Below, one piece after another: positions 28,554-38,415 of a stretch of 64,000 nt of DNA. Numbering within the stretch: position 1 is the first letter of the stretch; every line of letters starts with the position of its first letter. This DNA comes from Ruminococcus sp. Its GTDB lineage: Bacteria; Bacillota; Clostridia; Oscillospirales; Ruminococcaceae. The stretch is from assembly GCA_031262625.1 (NCBI GenBank), contig JAISHJ010000007.1, positions 516 to 64,515 on the forward strand, given 5' to 3'. The position numbers and the translations under genes are program-made. The notes under the pieces were generated by a model that ran no database searches, was not told where the DNA came from, and saw only the letters and a program-made list of their open reading frames with translations.

Positions 28554-29978
28554 TTATTCTACTATAACGTCGAGGTTGTCAGCAACTTGTTGCTTGAACC
28601 ATGCGATTGCATCGTCAATAGTAGCAGTACCGGAAGTATACTGACGAACTGCATCACGATAGTAACCGTTGATGGTTTCATCGTATTGGGTGAGGTTAGA
28701 ACCGTTAGCGAATTGGTTAGCAGGTACGAATATGTCGAACATATTCTGACCGCCGAGGAATTCCATATCGCCGTTGGACTTGGACATTACAGTACCGGAA
28801 GCAACTGTATCCTTAGTACCAACTGTGCCGGCAACCATAGTACCGTTAGCCCAGTAATACTGGAGACCTGTATCGGAAGTATCAAGAGTAACCCACTCAA
28901 TGAAGTCGCCGATAGCTTCCTTGTTAGGAGATGTAGCGGAAGCGAGGAGCCATGTGCCGCCCCAGAAGAAGCCGCCTGTAGGTTCGCATACACGCCAGTC
29001 GCCGTAAGTGCCTTCGCCCGGTGCAGTACCGCCGCAGTTAGGAGCGATTGTGTAGTTGATGAGCCAAGCAGGTCCGAAGTAACCGAAGATAGGTTGAGCA
29101 CCAACGCCCTTCATATCGCCCATCCAAGCTTCGTTCCAGTCTTGAGTATCATTGTGGTAGCCGCCTTCCATGAGTTTCATGGAAAGATCGAAGAATTCGC
29201 GGCGTTCAGGAGAGATTGTGAGTTTGCCGTCAACGATCCAGCCTGTGGAGGAGGAGTTCTCGATCGGGTGCCAGATGTCGCCGTCGCCGGAAACTATGCC
29301 GTAGCCCTTAGCCTTGAGTTCAGCAGCAGCTTCGAAGAACTTATCCCAACCGGGACCGATTTTGCTTCCGATTGTAGCAGCATCATCAGTTCCCCATGTG
29401 TCGATAGCGAGGGAAGATCTGTAGATGAACGCGCCGCCTGTTGCTTGGTAACCGAGACCAACAACGTCGCCTGCGGGGTTAGAACCTATATCAACTGTGT
29501 ATTGAGCAATATCGCCTGCGGTGATAAGAGCATCAACATCAATACCGAGATCCTTATAAGGAGCAGCGTAGGAGGACATATCGCCCTTTGTATACTTGAT
29601 GATGAAAGCTGCTTCTGCGCAGTAGAGGTCGGGAGCAGTTGTGCCGCCGGTAGCGAGTGCTTGGTCAAGAGCGGGCTGATAAGCGCCGTCTGTAGTAGCG
29701 ATGATGGTTGTGTTGAGTTCGTACTTTTCAGCGCGGTCCGGATATACTTCAAAATACTTTGTGAACATATCGGGAACTTCTACTGTGAAGGACATGATAT
29801 TGAGGACAGTTTTGCCGTCTGCTGAAGGAGCAGGAGCATCAGGTGTAGCAGGAGCATCAGCTGCAGGAGCATCACCGGAAGGTGCGGGAGTTGTTGTTGC
29901 TGCATCGCCGCCTGTACAAGCTGCTAAAGAAGCGATCATAGCAACAGACAACACGGCTGTAAGAATTCTTTTTTTCAT
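28554..29978 (-). CDS. Extracellular solute-binding lipoprotein (sugar ABC, family 1)
   Basis: The lipobox is SLAACTGG, followed by a P/A-rich linker and an SBP-like fold. It is the first gene of the SBP-permease-permease(-GH3) cluster. Confidence 0.8.
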   Translation of the reverse strand: MKKRILTAVLSVAMIASLAACTGGDAATTTPAPSGDAPAADAPATPDAPAPSADGKTVLNIMSFTVEVPDMFTKYFEVYPDRAEKYELNTTIIATTDGAYQPALDQALATGGTTAPDLYCAEAAFIIKYTKGDMSSYAAPYKDLGIDVDALITAGDIAQYTVDIGSNPAGDVVGLGYQATGGAFIYRSSLAIDTWGTDDAATIGSKIGPGWDKFFEAAAELKAKGYGIVSGDGDIWHPIENSSSTGWIVDGKLTISPERREFFDLSMKLMEGGYHNDTQDWNEAWMGDMKGVGAQPIFGYFGPAWLINYTIAPNCGGTAPGEGTYGDWRVCEPTGGFFWGGTWLLASATSPNKEAIGDFIEWVTLDTSDTGLQYYWANGTMVAGTVGTKDTVASGTVMSKSNGDMEFLGGQNMFDIFVPANQFANGSNLTQYDETINGYYRDAVRQYTSGTATIDDAIAWFKQQVADNLDVIVE

Positions 29979-30414
29979 TGAAACCTCCTAAAATTATGGG
30001 GTATACAAATTTTTAGTTAACTAAACCTATTAATTAACCATTATTTAGATAATACTCCGTATGAACTAAACCTATTAAACAGTTCATACATGGGTACAGT
30101 CTACAAAAATAATATTCGGTGCGATATAATATGTAATTTTGCTCGCTTAAAATATTGCACCGCAAAATCCGGTGATACGTTTACTTTACACACCGGAAAT
30201 GCCGGAAAATTATGTTATTTTCTAAAACCGTAAAAACGATTAAATAAATTTCACACTGGCGGCACATCAATTTCACAAGGCTCACACCTTCTGCATTGAC
30301 TATATTGTAACAGATGAAAATGCTATTGTCAATACTTTCACAAAAAATTTACAAATAGAATAAAAGGGGAGGTACTTTTTTGTGCAGTATGACAAGAGAA
30401 ATCGCAAATTTGGC

Positions 30415-30443
30415 TTGACAAAGAGATAATTATAATGTATAAT
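30415..30443 (+). promoter_or_regulatory. Sigma-70-type promoter of the acn-icd operon
   Basis: TTGACA (30415-30420), then N17, then TATAAT (30438-30443), about 30 nt upstream of the aconitase start. Confidence 0.6.
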
Positions 30444-30474
30444 AGAAGGGAAATTAATGATAAGGGTGAGATAG

Positions 30475-32412
30475 ATGGGACTTAGTCTTGCTGAGAAGAT
30501 ACTTAAGACACATATAACCGACGGAGAATTTGTAAAGGGAACTGAAATCGGGATAAGGATTGACCAGACGCTGACACAGGACGCGACAGGTACGATGGCG
30601 TACTTAGAATTTGAAGCGATGGGGATTCCGAGAGTAAAGACGGAGCGTTCTGTCGCGTATGTGGACCACAATACGCTCCAGAGCGGGTTTGAGAATGCCG
30701 ACGATCACCTTTTTATAGGCTCTGCGGCGAAGAAATTCGGTGTTTATTATTCGAGACCCGGAAACGGGATATGCCATCAGGTTCACCTTGAGCGGTTCGG
30801 TATTCCGGGGAAGACGCTTTTAGGCTCTGACAGCCATACGCCGACCGGCGGCGGTATAGGAATGATAGCTATAGGCGCGGGCGGACTTGACGTTGCGGTT
30901 GCAATGGGCGGCGGCGCTTACTATATAACCTACCCGAAGATAGTTAATGTAAAGCTTTCCGGGAAACTTAGGAGCTGGGTTTCGGCGAAGGATGTTATCC
31001 TTGAGGTTTTACGCCGCCTTACCGTTAAGGGCGGGGTAGGAAAGATTATAGAGTATACCGGCGAGGGAGTGAAGACACTTTCCGTTCCGGAGCGGGCTAC
31101 AATTACCAACATGGGCGCAGAACTCGGCGCAACGACGAGTATATTCCCTTCGGATGAGATTACGCTCGACTTCCTCAAAAAAGAAAACCGCGCCGAAGTC
31201 TGGACAGAACTGAAAGCGGATGAAGATGCTGTTTATGACGAGACGATAGAAATAAATCTGTCGGAGCTTGTACCGCTTTCGGCTTGCCCTCATTCGCCCG
31301 ATAATATAAAGTCAGCCGAAGAAATAGGTAAAATTAAGATAAATCAGGTTTGCATAGGTTCTTGCACGAATTCTTCGCTCCTTGATATGATGAAGGTTGC
31401 GTACATTCTTAAGGGAAAGACTGTAAACCCTGACGTGCAGCTGTCGATTGCGCCCGGCTCGAAACAGGTGCTTGAAATGCTTGCGAAAAACGGACTTCTT
31501 GCCGATATGATTGATGCGGGAGCAAGAATTCTTGAAAGTGCCTGCGGACCGTGTATAGGTATGGGGCAGTCGCCGAATTCGGCAGGCGTGTCTCTACGCA
31601 CATTTAACAGAAATTTCCTTGGGCGTTCCGGCACAAAAGACGGACAGATATATCTTGTATCGCCGGAGACAGCGGCTCTCTCAGCAATTAACGGTTATTT
31701 CTCCGACCCGAGAGAGTTAGGGGATATGCCGGAATTTAAGCTTCCCGAAAAGTTTGATATAAACGATAATATGGTAACTTTGCCGGCAAATGAAGCGGAC
31801 TCCGCCGATGTTGAAATCCTCCGCGGACCGAATATTAAGCCTTACCCGAAGACCGCACCCCTTGCGGAGACAATTTCCGCGAAGGTCAGCCTTAAAGTAG
31901 GGGATAATATCACTACGGACCATATTATGCCGGCAGGAGCGAAAATATTACCCCTCCGCTCAAATATTCCGGAAATTTCAAAGCACTGTTTTGTTGTATG
32001 CGACGATAAATTCCCCGAACGCGCTAAGACTTTGGGTGAGAGTATAATTGTCGGCGGAGCCAACTACGGACAGGGTTCGAGCCGCGAACACGCAGCGCTT
32101 GCGCCGCTCTATCTCGGTGTAAAGGCAGTAATAGTCAAGAGTTTTGCGCGTATTCACAGAGCAAACCTTATAAATGCCGGGATACTGCCACTCGAATTTG
32201 CGGATGAAACGGCTTTCGATAAAATATCAGAGGGAGATGTTCTCGAACTCCCGAATATAGCGGAAGAAATAAAGTCAGGGAAGTCCGAATTCAACCTTGT
32301 TAATAAAACAACAGACGAGCAGTTTACCGTAAAGTGCGAACTGTCAATCCGTAATCGTGAGATTATGCTTGCAGGCGGTCTGCTTGACTACACGAGAGAG
32401 AAACTTGCGTAA
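30475..32412 (+). CDS. acn: Aconitate hydratase (short ~640-aa clostridial-type aconitase)
   Basis: The product contains DQTLTQDATGTMAYLEF, GSDSHTPTGG, CIGSCTNSS, CGPCIGMGQ and GSSREHAALAP. These are the Fe-S cluster cysteines and the swivel-domain motif. Confidence 0.9.
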   Translation: MGLSLAEKILKTHITDGEFVKGTEIGIRIDQTLTQDATGTMAYLEFEAMGIPRVKTERSVAYVDHNTLQSGFENADDHLFIGSAAKKFGVYYSRPGNGICHQVHLERFGIPGKTLLGSDSHTPTGGGIGMIAIGAGGLDVAVAMGGGAYYITYPKIVNVKLSGKLRSWVSAKDVILEVLRRLTVKGGVGKIIEYTGEGVKTLSVPERATITNMGAELGATTSIFPSDEITLDFLKKENRAEVWTELKADEDAVYDETIEINLSELVPLSACPHSPDNIKSAEEIGKIKINQVCIGSCTNSSLLDMMKVAYILKGKTVNPDVQLSIAPGSKQVLEMLAKNGLLADMIDAGARILESACGPCIGMGQSPNSAGVSLRTFNRNFLGRSGTKDGQIYLVSPETAALSAINGYFSDPRELGDMPEFKLPEKFDINDNMVTLPANEADSADVEILRGPNIKPYPKTAPLAETISAKVSLKVGDNITTDHIMPAGAKILPLRSNIPEISKHCFVVCDDKFPERAKTLGESIIVGGANYGQGSSREHAALAPLYLGVKAVIVKSFARIHRANLINAGILPLEFADETAFDKISEGDVLELPNIAEEIKSGKSEFNLVNKTTDEQFTVKCELSIRNREIMLAGGLLDYTREKLA

Positions 32413-32511
32413 GCGGACGGCTAATACAGAGGAAACTTGCGTAAGTGTGACGGTTAACTTTGAAGAAGCTTACGAAAAATTTGTTAATGCAGAGTAATTG
32501 CGATAAAAATT

Positions 32512-33033
32512 ATGGATGAAAACGACAAAATCAGCTTTTGCGGCATGGACTGCGGAGCGTGCGCGATTCGCGAAAGCGTTAACTGCGAAGGCTGTAAGGC
32601 AATGGATACCCCTTATTGGGACGGCATCTGCGAAATAAAAAACTGCGCGGCAGTTATGGGCGTGTCGGATTGCTCGTACTGTAAAAAATCCCCTTGCGAA
32701 ATTATCCTCGACATTTCCCTCGACCCGGAAACAGGGGATGACGGCGAACGTCTCGAAAACCTCAGGCTCAGAAAAGATGCAAGAGAAGAGCGTAGCCTCC
32801 GAAATTTTCGCAGATGTGTCCTCGGCGGAACGTGCGGAATTACAGCCGGACTGCTTCTTGCAGGGATAGCCGGGGGAGGGCTTAATTGGTTTTACGCCCT
32901 CGGCGGAGGAGACTACAGGCTTATTCCGGCTTCGACAGACAGCATATGGATATATGTTATTATAGGCGCAGTATTCGGAACATTTATTCCGATAATAATT
33001 GAAATATTAAAGAGGTACAATAAAAATGGCTAA
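32512..33033 (+). CDS. Cys-rich DUF3795-like protein with C-terminal TM segments
   Basis: The N-terminal Cys cluster is [22 protein letters not shown]...CEIKNCAA...CSYCKKSPC, typical of DUF3795. Two hydrophobic helices sit at the C-terminus. It overlaps the icd start by 8 nt. Confidence 0.55.
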   Translation: MDENDKISFCGMDCGACAIRESVNCEGCKAMDTPYWDGICEIKNCAAVMGVSDCSYCKKSPCEIILDISLDPETGDDGERLENLRLRKDAREERSLRNFRRCVLGGTCGITAGLLLAGIAGGGLNWFYALGGGDYRLIPASTDSIWIYVIIGAVFGTFIPIIIEILKRYNKNG

Positions 33034-34225
33034 AATACAGATGACAACACCGCTTGTTGAGATGGACGGCGACGAAATGACCCGTATAATCTGGCAGATG
33101 ATTAAGGACGTTTTAATCTGCCCCTACGTTGACCTTAAGACCGAATATTACGACCTCGGGCTTGTTCACCGCAACGAAACGGACGATAAAGTCACCTTCG
33201 ATTCGGCAGAAGCTACGAAAAAATACGGTGTTGCGGTAAAATGCGCGACAATTACCCCGAACGCCGCGCGTATGCCTGAATATAATCTTAAGGAGATGTG
33301 GAAATCTCCGAACGGTACAATAAGGGCTATCCTTGACGGCACGGTTTTCAGAACGCCGATTATAGTAAAAGGCATTAACCCATTTATTCCCACATGGACA
33401 AAGCCGATTACCATCGCCCGTCACGCTTACGGCGATATTTATAAGAATACCGAACTTCAGGTTCAGACAGGCGCAAAGGCAGAAATCCTCGTCACTAATC
33501 CGGACGGCACTACTTCCAAAGAACTTATCCACGACTTTTCTGACGGCGCAGGGATAGTACAGGGCGTTCATAATACCGACAAATCTATTTCGGCGTTTGC
33601 TCGCACCTGTTTTAACTACGCTCTCGACACAAAACAAGACCTTTGGTTTGCTACAAAGGACACTATCTCGAAAAAATACGACCACCACTTCAAAGACATT
33701 TTCGCAGATATGTTTGAAGCGGAATATAAAGAAAAATTTGAAGCGGCAGGGATAGAGTATTTCTATACTCTAATCGACGACGTTGTAGCAAGAGTAATCC
33801 GCGGGCAGGGCGGCTATATCTGGGCTTGCAAGAACTATGACGGCGACGTTATGAGCGATATGGTTGCCACAGCTTACGGGAGTCTGGGCATGATGAGTTC
33901 CGTACTCGTTTCACCGGACGGAATATACGAATACGAAGCGGCTCACGGTACTGTTCAGCGCCACTATTATAAGCACCTTAAGGGTGAGCGCACTTCAACA
34001 AATTCAGTTGCTACAATCTACGCATGGAGCGGTGCACTCCGCAAACGCGGCGAACTTGATAACATACCCGAACTGATGGAATTTGCCGACAAACTTGAAG
34101 CGGCAGTCATAAAAACAATCGAAAGCGGAATAATGACAGGCGACCTCTACACTCTTTCATCCCTTGAAGACAAAAAGTCCGTATCAACCGAAGAATTTTT
34201 AGACGCGGTAAAAGCAAATATATAA
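33026..34225 (+). CDS. icd: NADP-dependent isocitrate dehydrogenase (~400-aa eukaryotic-like subfamily)
   Basis: The product contains [42 protein letters not shown] and EAAHGTV. Confidence 0.9.
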   Translation: MAKIQMTTPLVEMDGDEMTRIIWQMIKDVLICPYVDLKTEYYDLGLVHRNETDDKVTFDSAEATKKYGVAVKCATITPNAARMPEYNLKEMWKSPNGTIRAILDGTVFRTPIIVKGINPFIPTWTKPITIARHAYGDIYKNTELQVQTGAKAEILVTNPDGTTSKELIHDFSDGAGIVQGVHNTDKSISAFARTCFNYALDTKQDLWFATKDTISKKYDHHFKDIFADMFEAEYKEKFEAAGIEYFYTLIDDVVARVIRGQGGYIWACKNYDGDVMSDMVATAYGSLGMMSSVLVSPDGIYEYEAAHGTVQRHYYKHLKGERTSTNSVATIYAWSGALRKRGELDNIPELMEFADKLEAAVIKTIESGIMTGDLYTLSSLEDKKSVSTEEFLDAVKANI

Positions 34226-34282
34226 TAAACCGAAAAAGATCTGATTAGCAGTATTTGTTTTGGATTAAAGGGATAAACTCAG

Positions 34283-35935
34283 ATGATATATGTCTTAGCC
34301 TTTATAGCGGTAATAATCATACTCTGTACATTTTTGGGAAAAGTCTCAGGCAAACTCGGAATACCGATGCTTGTGGTCTTTATCATTCTCGGTATGCTTT
34401 TAGGAGAAGACGGACCTATCCCGGCGCTTCGTATTCCGTTTGAAGACTTTGATATAGCAGAAAAAGTTTCGACCGTCTGCCTTATTTTCATTATGTTTTA
34501 CGGCGGCTTCGGTACAAACTGGCAGCACGCAAAAAAACAGGCGGTTAAAGCAGGTCTGCTGTCCTCCGTGGGGGTAATCCTCACGGCAGAGATGGTTGGA
34601 CTTTTCTGCCATTTTGTGTTGAAACTTGCTCTTCTTGAAGGTCTTCTAATCGGAGCAGTAATCGCTTCAACAGATGCGGCGACAGTCTTCTTTATCCTCC
34701 GCTCGAAAAAACTTAACCTTAAAATGGGAACAGCGCCCATGCTTGAACTTGAGAGCGGCTCAAATGACCCGTGGTCTTATATGCTGACAATCATAGTACT
34801 GCAAATTATGCAGATGCAAAACACAGCTGCGGAAATTTCACCGGCGGCGCTCTTTACAGAACTTGTCTTGCGGCAGCTTATTTTCGGATTCGGCTGCGGT
34901 GCTTTAATTGCGCTTCTTTCGGTAAGAATATTTAAAAAAATATCTGCGGCGGGCGTAACCTCAATTCTAATGGTTGCTATTGCTCTGCTTTCTTATGCGC
35001 TCCCATCAATGATAGGCGGCAACGGCTACCTTTCTGTTTATATAGTAGGAATCGTCCTCGGTAATACGCGGATTGATACGGAAGAAAAGGTCGCTTCCGT
35101 TCACTTTTTCGACGGAGTTACAAACCTTCTTCAAATTGCGCTGTTTTTCTTACTCGGACTGCTTTCAACCCCGCGAGAGATTCCGCTCGTTATCGGAACT
35201 TCTATACTTATAATGTTATTCTTAACACTAGTTGCGCGCCCGATAGCAGTAGGACTGATACTAACCCCCTTCAAAGCGCCCTTCAAACAGCAGCTGATAG
35301 TAAATATAGCAGGCTTTCGAGGTGCGGCGTCTATTGCATTCGCGATAATTATCAGTCTTGCGGGAGTAACTACTAATAACGATGTTTTCCATATTGTATT
35401 TTGTATAGTTTTACTGTCAATAATTGTACAGGGTATGCTTCTGCCATATCTTTCAAAGGAACTCGGAATGGTCGACGACCGCGAAGACGTTATGAAGACC
35501 TTCTCAGACTACCAGTCTGAAACAGACTTGCAGTTTGTTTCGGCAGAAGTAACGGCTGAGCATCCGTGGGCAAATAAGCTGATAAAAAAGGTAGTATTCC
35601 CGCCCGATGTCCGCGCAGTAATGATACTTCGCGGCGACGAAAAGGTAATCCCGAAAGGCGACACCCAAATTCTCCCCGGCGATGTACTTATTCTTGTAGG
35701 GAATGAATACCTTGACGAAAGGTCTGTAGGACTGACCGAACTTAGAATTGACGGCGGACATTATGCTTGCGGAAAGCGGCTTTCCGACATAAGATTTCTT
35801 AACAATGCGCTTGTCGTCTTAATCAAGCGTACTACAAAATCCGGCGTTAAAACCCTTGTCCCAAACGGTAATATCATTCTCTCCGACAACGATGTGCTTG
35901 TTATGGCAATGGCGGAAAAGGTAAAAACGGCGTAA
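34283..35935 (+). CDS. K+/H+ (cation:proton) antiporter, CPA1 NhaP2/CvrA-like with C-terminal TrkA-C domains
   Basis: About 400 aa of polytopic Na_H-exchanger-like domain (ATDAATVFFILR, LESGSNDP) are followed by a soluble RCK_C-like region (ILPGDVLILVG, ILSDNDVLVM). Confidence 0.8.
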   Translation: MIYVLAFIAVIIILCTFLGKVSGKLGIPMLVVFIILGMLLGEDGPIPALRIPFEDFDIAEKVSTVCLIFIMFYGGFGTNWQHAKKQAVKAGLLSSVGVILTAEMVGLFCHFVLKLALLEGLLIGAVIASTDAATVFFILRSKKLNLKMGTAPMLELESGSNDPWSYMLTIIVLQIMQMQNTAAEISPAALFTELVLRQLIFGFGCGALIALLSVRIFKKISAAGVTSILMVAIALLSYALPSMIGGNGYLSVYIVGIVLGNTRIDTEEKVASVHFFDGVTNLLQIALFFLLGLLSTPREIPLVIGTSILIMLFLTLVARPIAVGLILTPFKAPFKQQLIVNIAGFRGAASIAFAIIISLAGVTTNNDVFHIVFCIVLLSIIVQGMLLPYLSKELGMVDDREDVMKTFSDYQSETDLQFVSAEVTAEHPWANKLIKKVVFPPDVRAVMILRGDEKVIPKGDTQILPGDVLILVGNEYLDERSVGLTELRIDGGHYACGKRLSDIRFLNNALVVLIKRTTKSGVKTLVPNGNIILSDNDVLVMAMAEKVKTA

Positions 35936-35963
35936 AATTACTATTATAAAAGGCGGTTTGTTT

Positions 35964-37049
35964 ATGGCAGTATTACGTATAGGTATCTTAACAAGCGGCG
36001 GGGATTGCTCCGGGCTTAATGCCGCAATGCGCGGTGCGGTTAAGGCGTGTTATGATCGCTTCGGCGAGAAGAATACCCAAATTATCGGCATCAAAAACGG
36101 TTACTACGGACTTATAAACGGTACTGCAAAAGAGATGAAGCCCTCCGATTTTTCCGGAATATTAACCCTCGGCGGTACTATGCTCGGTACAAAACGCCAG
36201 TCATTTAAAATGTTAACGTCGGTAGGAGAAGACGGCGTTGACAAAATTAAAATGATGAAAAATACCTATAAAGATTTGAAGCTTGACTGTCTCATAACTC
36301 TCGGCGGAAACGGTACGCACAAAACAGCAAACCTGCTTTCAAGCGAGGGGCTTAATATAATCGGTCTGCCCAAAACAATTGATAACGACATCTACGGCAC
36401 AGATGTTACATTCGGCTTCCACACGGCTCTCGAAACAGCAACAGGCGTTATCGACAGACTTCATACTACCGCCGCAAGCCACAGCCGCGTAATCTTAGCC
36501 GAAATTATGGGCAACAAAACAGGCTGGCTTACCCTCTATTCCGGTATCGCCGGCGGCGCAGACGTTATAATTATCCCCGAGTGCCCCTACGATATAGAAA
36601 AAGTTATCGAAGCCGTCGAAGATCGCGCCGCCGCAGGCAAGAAATTTTCCATAATTGCCGTTGCCGAAGGCGCATACGACAAAGACGAAGCAAAACTCAA
36701 GCGCAAAGACCGCTCCAAACTCCGCGAGGAACAAGGCATAAAAACTGCCACCGAACGTATCGCTTATCAAATTGAAGCTTCAACCGGCATCGAATCCCGC
36801 GTCTGCGTTCCCGGGCATATGCTCCGCGGCGGTACCCCCTCCGCCTACGACCGCTACCTCTCAACCGCTATCGGCGCCCGTGCTGCAAAACTTATCGAAA
36901 GCGCCGCCTTCGGTTACTCAGTGGCCGTCAAAAACGAAATCATTACCGAAAATAAACTCCCCGACATAGCCGGCATCTCAAAACCCGTCCCCGAAGACTC
37001 CCAAGCAGTCAAAACCGCTAAACAAATCGGTATCTCCTTCGGGGCTTAG
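35964..37049 (+). CDS. pfkA: 6-phosphofructokinase
   Basis: The product contains MAVLRIGILTSGGDCSGLNAAMRG, GGNGT, PKTIDNDI, MGNKTGW and GHMLRGG. I chose the ATG at 35964, with an AAAGGCGG RBS, over the TTG at 35958. Confidence 0.85.
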   Translation: MAVLRIGILTSGGDCSGLNAAMRGAVKACYDRFGEKNTQIIGIKNGYYGLINGTAKEMKPSDFSGILTLGGTMLGTKRQSFKMLTSVGEDGVDKIKMMKNTYKDLKLDCLITLGGNGTHKTANLLSSEGLNIIGLPKTIDNDIYGTDVTFGFHTALETATGVIDRLHTTAASHSRVILAEIMGNKTGWLTLYSGIAGGADVIIIPECPYDIEKVIEAVEDRAAAGKKFSIIAVAEGAYDKDEAKLKRKDRSKLREEQGIKTATERIAYQIEASTGIESRVCVPGHMLRGGTPSAYDRYLSTAIGARAAKLIESAAFGYSVAVKNEIITENKLPDIAGISKPVPEDSQAVKTAKQIGISFGA

Positions 37050-37077
37050 GGGTACTGGGTACTGGGTACTGGGTACG

Positions 37078-37111
37078 CTGGGGGGAGCTTTCTGAAGAAA
37101 GCTCCCCCCAG
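37078..37111 (+). terminator. Strong GC hairpin downstream of pfk (terminator-like, no clear U-tract)
   Basis: CTGGGGGGAGCTTTC-TGAA-GAAAGCTCCCCCCAG, a 15-bp stem. Confidence 0.45.
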
Positions 37112-37359
37112 ACCCCCCGCAAAGACTTTTTCGTCTTTTACTTCTTGGTTATTTTTTACTGAATAAGTGCCTCTTTTGTGAAATTAGCTTTGATTTATTA
37201 AATTCGTACCGATTTTTTGAAAACCATTTTATCTCATATTAACTAACACCTTTAATGAAAACATATATATTAAATATATCCCACTTCAAATATGTATAAA
37301 TTGTAAAAATAAATGTATAGCTATTGCAAATTTGAGGGTATTGTGATATAATAATCTGT

Positions 37360-37497
37360 ACCGCAATCCGATTGAAAGGTGTGCGGGCACCCCGGGGCAG
37401 AGTACCGTGAACCGTGTCAGGCGAGGAATCGAGCAGCACTAAGCGTGTCCGATGTGTCCGGCGGAATGCCCGTATACCTTTGAGTCGGATTGCAATA
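37360..37497 (+). ncRNA. ffs: Signal recognition particle RNA (small 4.5S-like form)
   Basis: A TTGCAA-N16-TATAAT promoter (37325-37352) precedes it. The molecule is one long hairpin whose ends pair: GCAATCCGA.../...TCGGATTGC, GTGCGGGCA/TGCCCGTAT. The apical domain IV motif is GTGTCAGGCGAGGAATCGAGCAGCAC (compare GGUCAGGUCCGGAAGGAAGCAGC). It occupies the conserved position upstream of dnaX-ybaB-recR. Confidence 0.8.
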
Positions 37498-37527
37498 TAT
37501 TTTACGATAAAACCGAGAAGATTTTTT

Positions 37528-38415
37528 GTGAGAAAATTTTTTTCAAGATGGGCTAAAAATGCTCCCCGCACACTTTTTTGGCTTTGTATTTTAATAATTA
37601 TCGCCGCGTTCTGCGAATGGTTTGTCCCGCATGACGTGAATTTAACGCGCTCTTTTTTCCTTGCGATGGTAATCCTAATCGGTTACAGTTTCTTCTTCAC
37701 CGCATATAACGGAAGCGAACAGCCCTCTTACGACAAGCGGATTATTAAGGACAGCTTTCAAGGCGGCGGAAAATGCAGCCGCATTTTTAGCAGAGCATAC
37801 AAGCTTTTTTCCGAGAGCGATTTTGCGGAAGCACTTACCATGTTTAACGAATTGAAGGAATATAACCTTAAAGGGCGCGAAAGTGCCGTACTTAGCTTTT
37901 ATATCGGAAGATGCTACCAGTTTATGGGCTACTCCACCAATGCTTCTCAAAAATTCCGCGAATCTATCGAAAACGGAATCGGTGTTGACGAGGTTTACAC
38001 TCTCTGCGGGCGCGAGATGGTTTCCTGCGGGAATTTCTCCGGCGCAGAAGATATATATAATGAACTTTTGGAAAAAGGTTCTGACTCTGACTATATCTAC
38101 ACCGATATGGGAATGCTTTACATAAAGGCAAACGAGCCGGAAAAGGCTCTTGAAGCATTTTCGACATCAATTAAGCATCATATGAACTATGCTTTCGCGA
38201 TGGGCGGATGTGCACTTGCTTATGTGCTAAAAAAAGATGCTGTAAACGCGAAATTTTTCTTCGGTCAGGCTGTCCTTAATAACATTGATGATATCGACGG
38301 TTTTACGGACTATTACCTAAGCGTTGCCGAAACGCAGGGCATCTCCGAGGACATAGGCGTTAAGCCGAAACCGAAACTGTATTTTGACCCCTCAAAGATC
38401 GTAGGTGATGAGTGA
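37528..38415 (+). CDS. TPR-repeat membrane-anchored protein
   Basis: I chose the GTG at 37528 so the CDS does not overlap the SRP RNA. Two N-terminal TMs are followed by TPR-like repeats (AEALTMFNELKEYNL...YIGRCYQFMGY; AEDIYNELLEKG...DMGMLYIKANEPEKALEAFSTSI). Confidence 0.6.
   Translation: MRKFFSRWAKNAPRTLFWLCILIIIAAFCEWFVPHDVNLTRSFFLAMVILIGYSFFFTAYNGSEQPSYDKRIIKDSFQGGGKCSRIFSRAYKLFSESDFAEALTMFNELKEYNLKGRESAVLSFYIGRCYQFMGYSTNASQKFRESIENGIGVDEVYTLCGREMVSCGNFSGAEDIYNELLEKGSDSDYIYTDMGMLYIKANEPEKALEAFSTSIKHHMNYAFAMGGCALAYVLKKDAVNAKFFFGQAVLNNIDDIDGFTDYYLSVAETQGISEDIGVKPKPKLYFDPSKIVGDE

Noticed and set aside
28521-29825. 434-aa plus-strand ORF, the longest alternative frame in the window
   Set aside because: It is exactly antisense to the well-supported solute-binding lipoprotein gene (28554-29978, minus). 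Its composition is Cys/Val/Ser-rich and low in complexity, with no RBS or motifs. This is a typical shadow ORF.
33113-33688. 191-aa minus-strand ORF
   Set aside because: It is antisense to icd. It is a shadow ORF.
37414-37527. N-terminal 38 codons of the 333-aa track ORF
   Set aside because: This extension overlaps the 3' half of the SRP RNA. The in-frame GTG at 37528, just before the TM segment, is the more plausible start.
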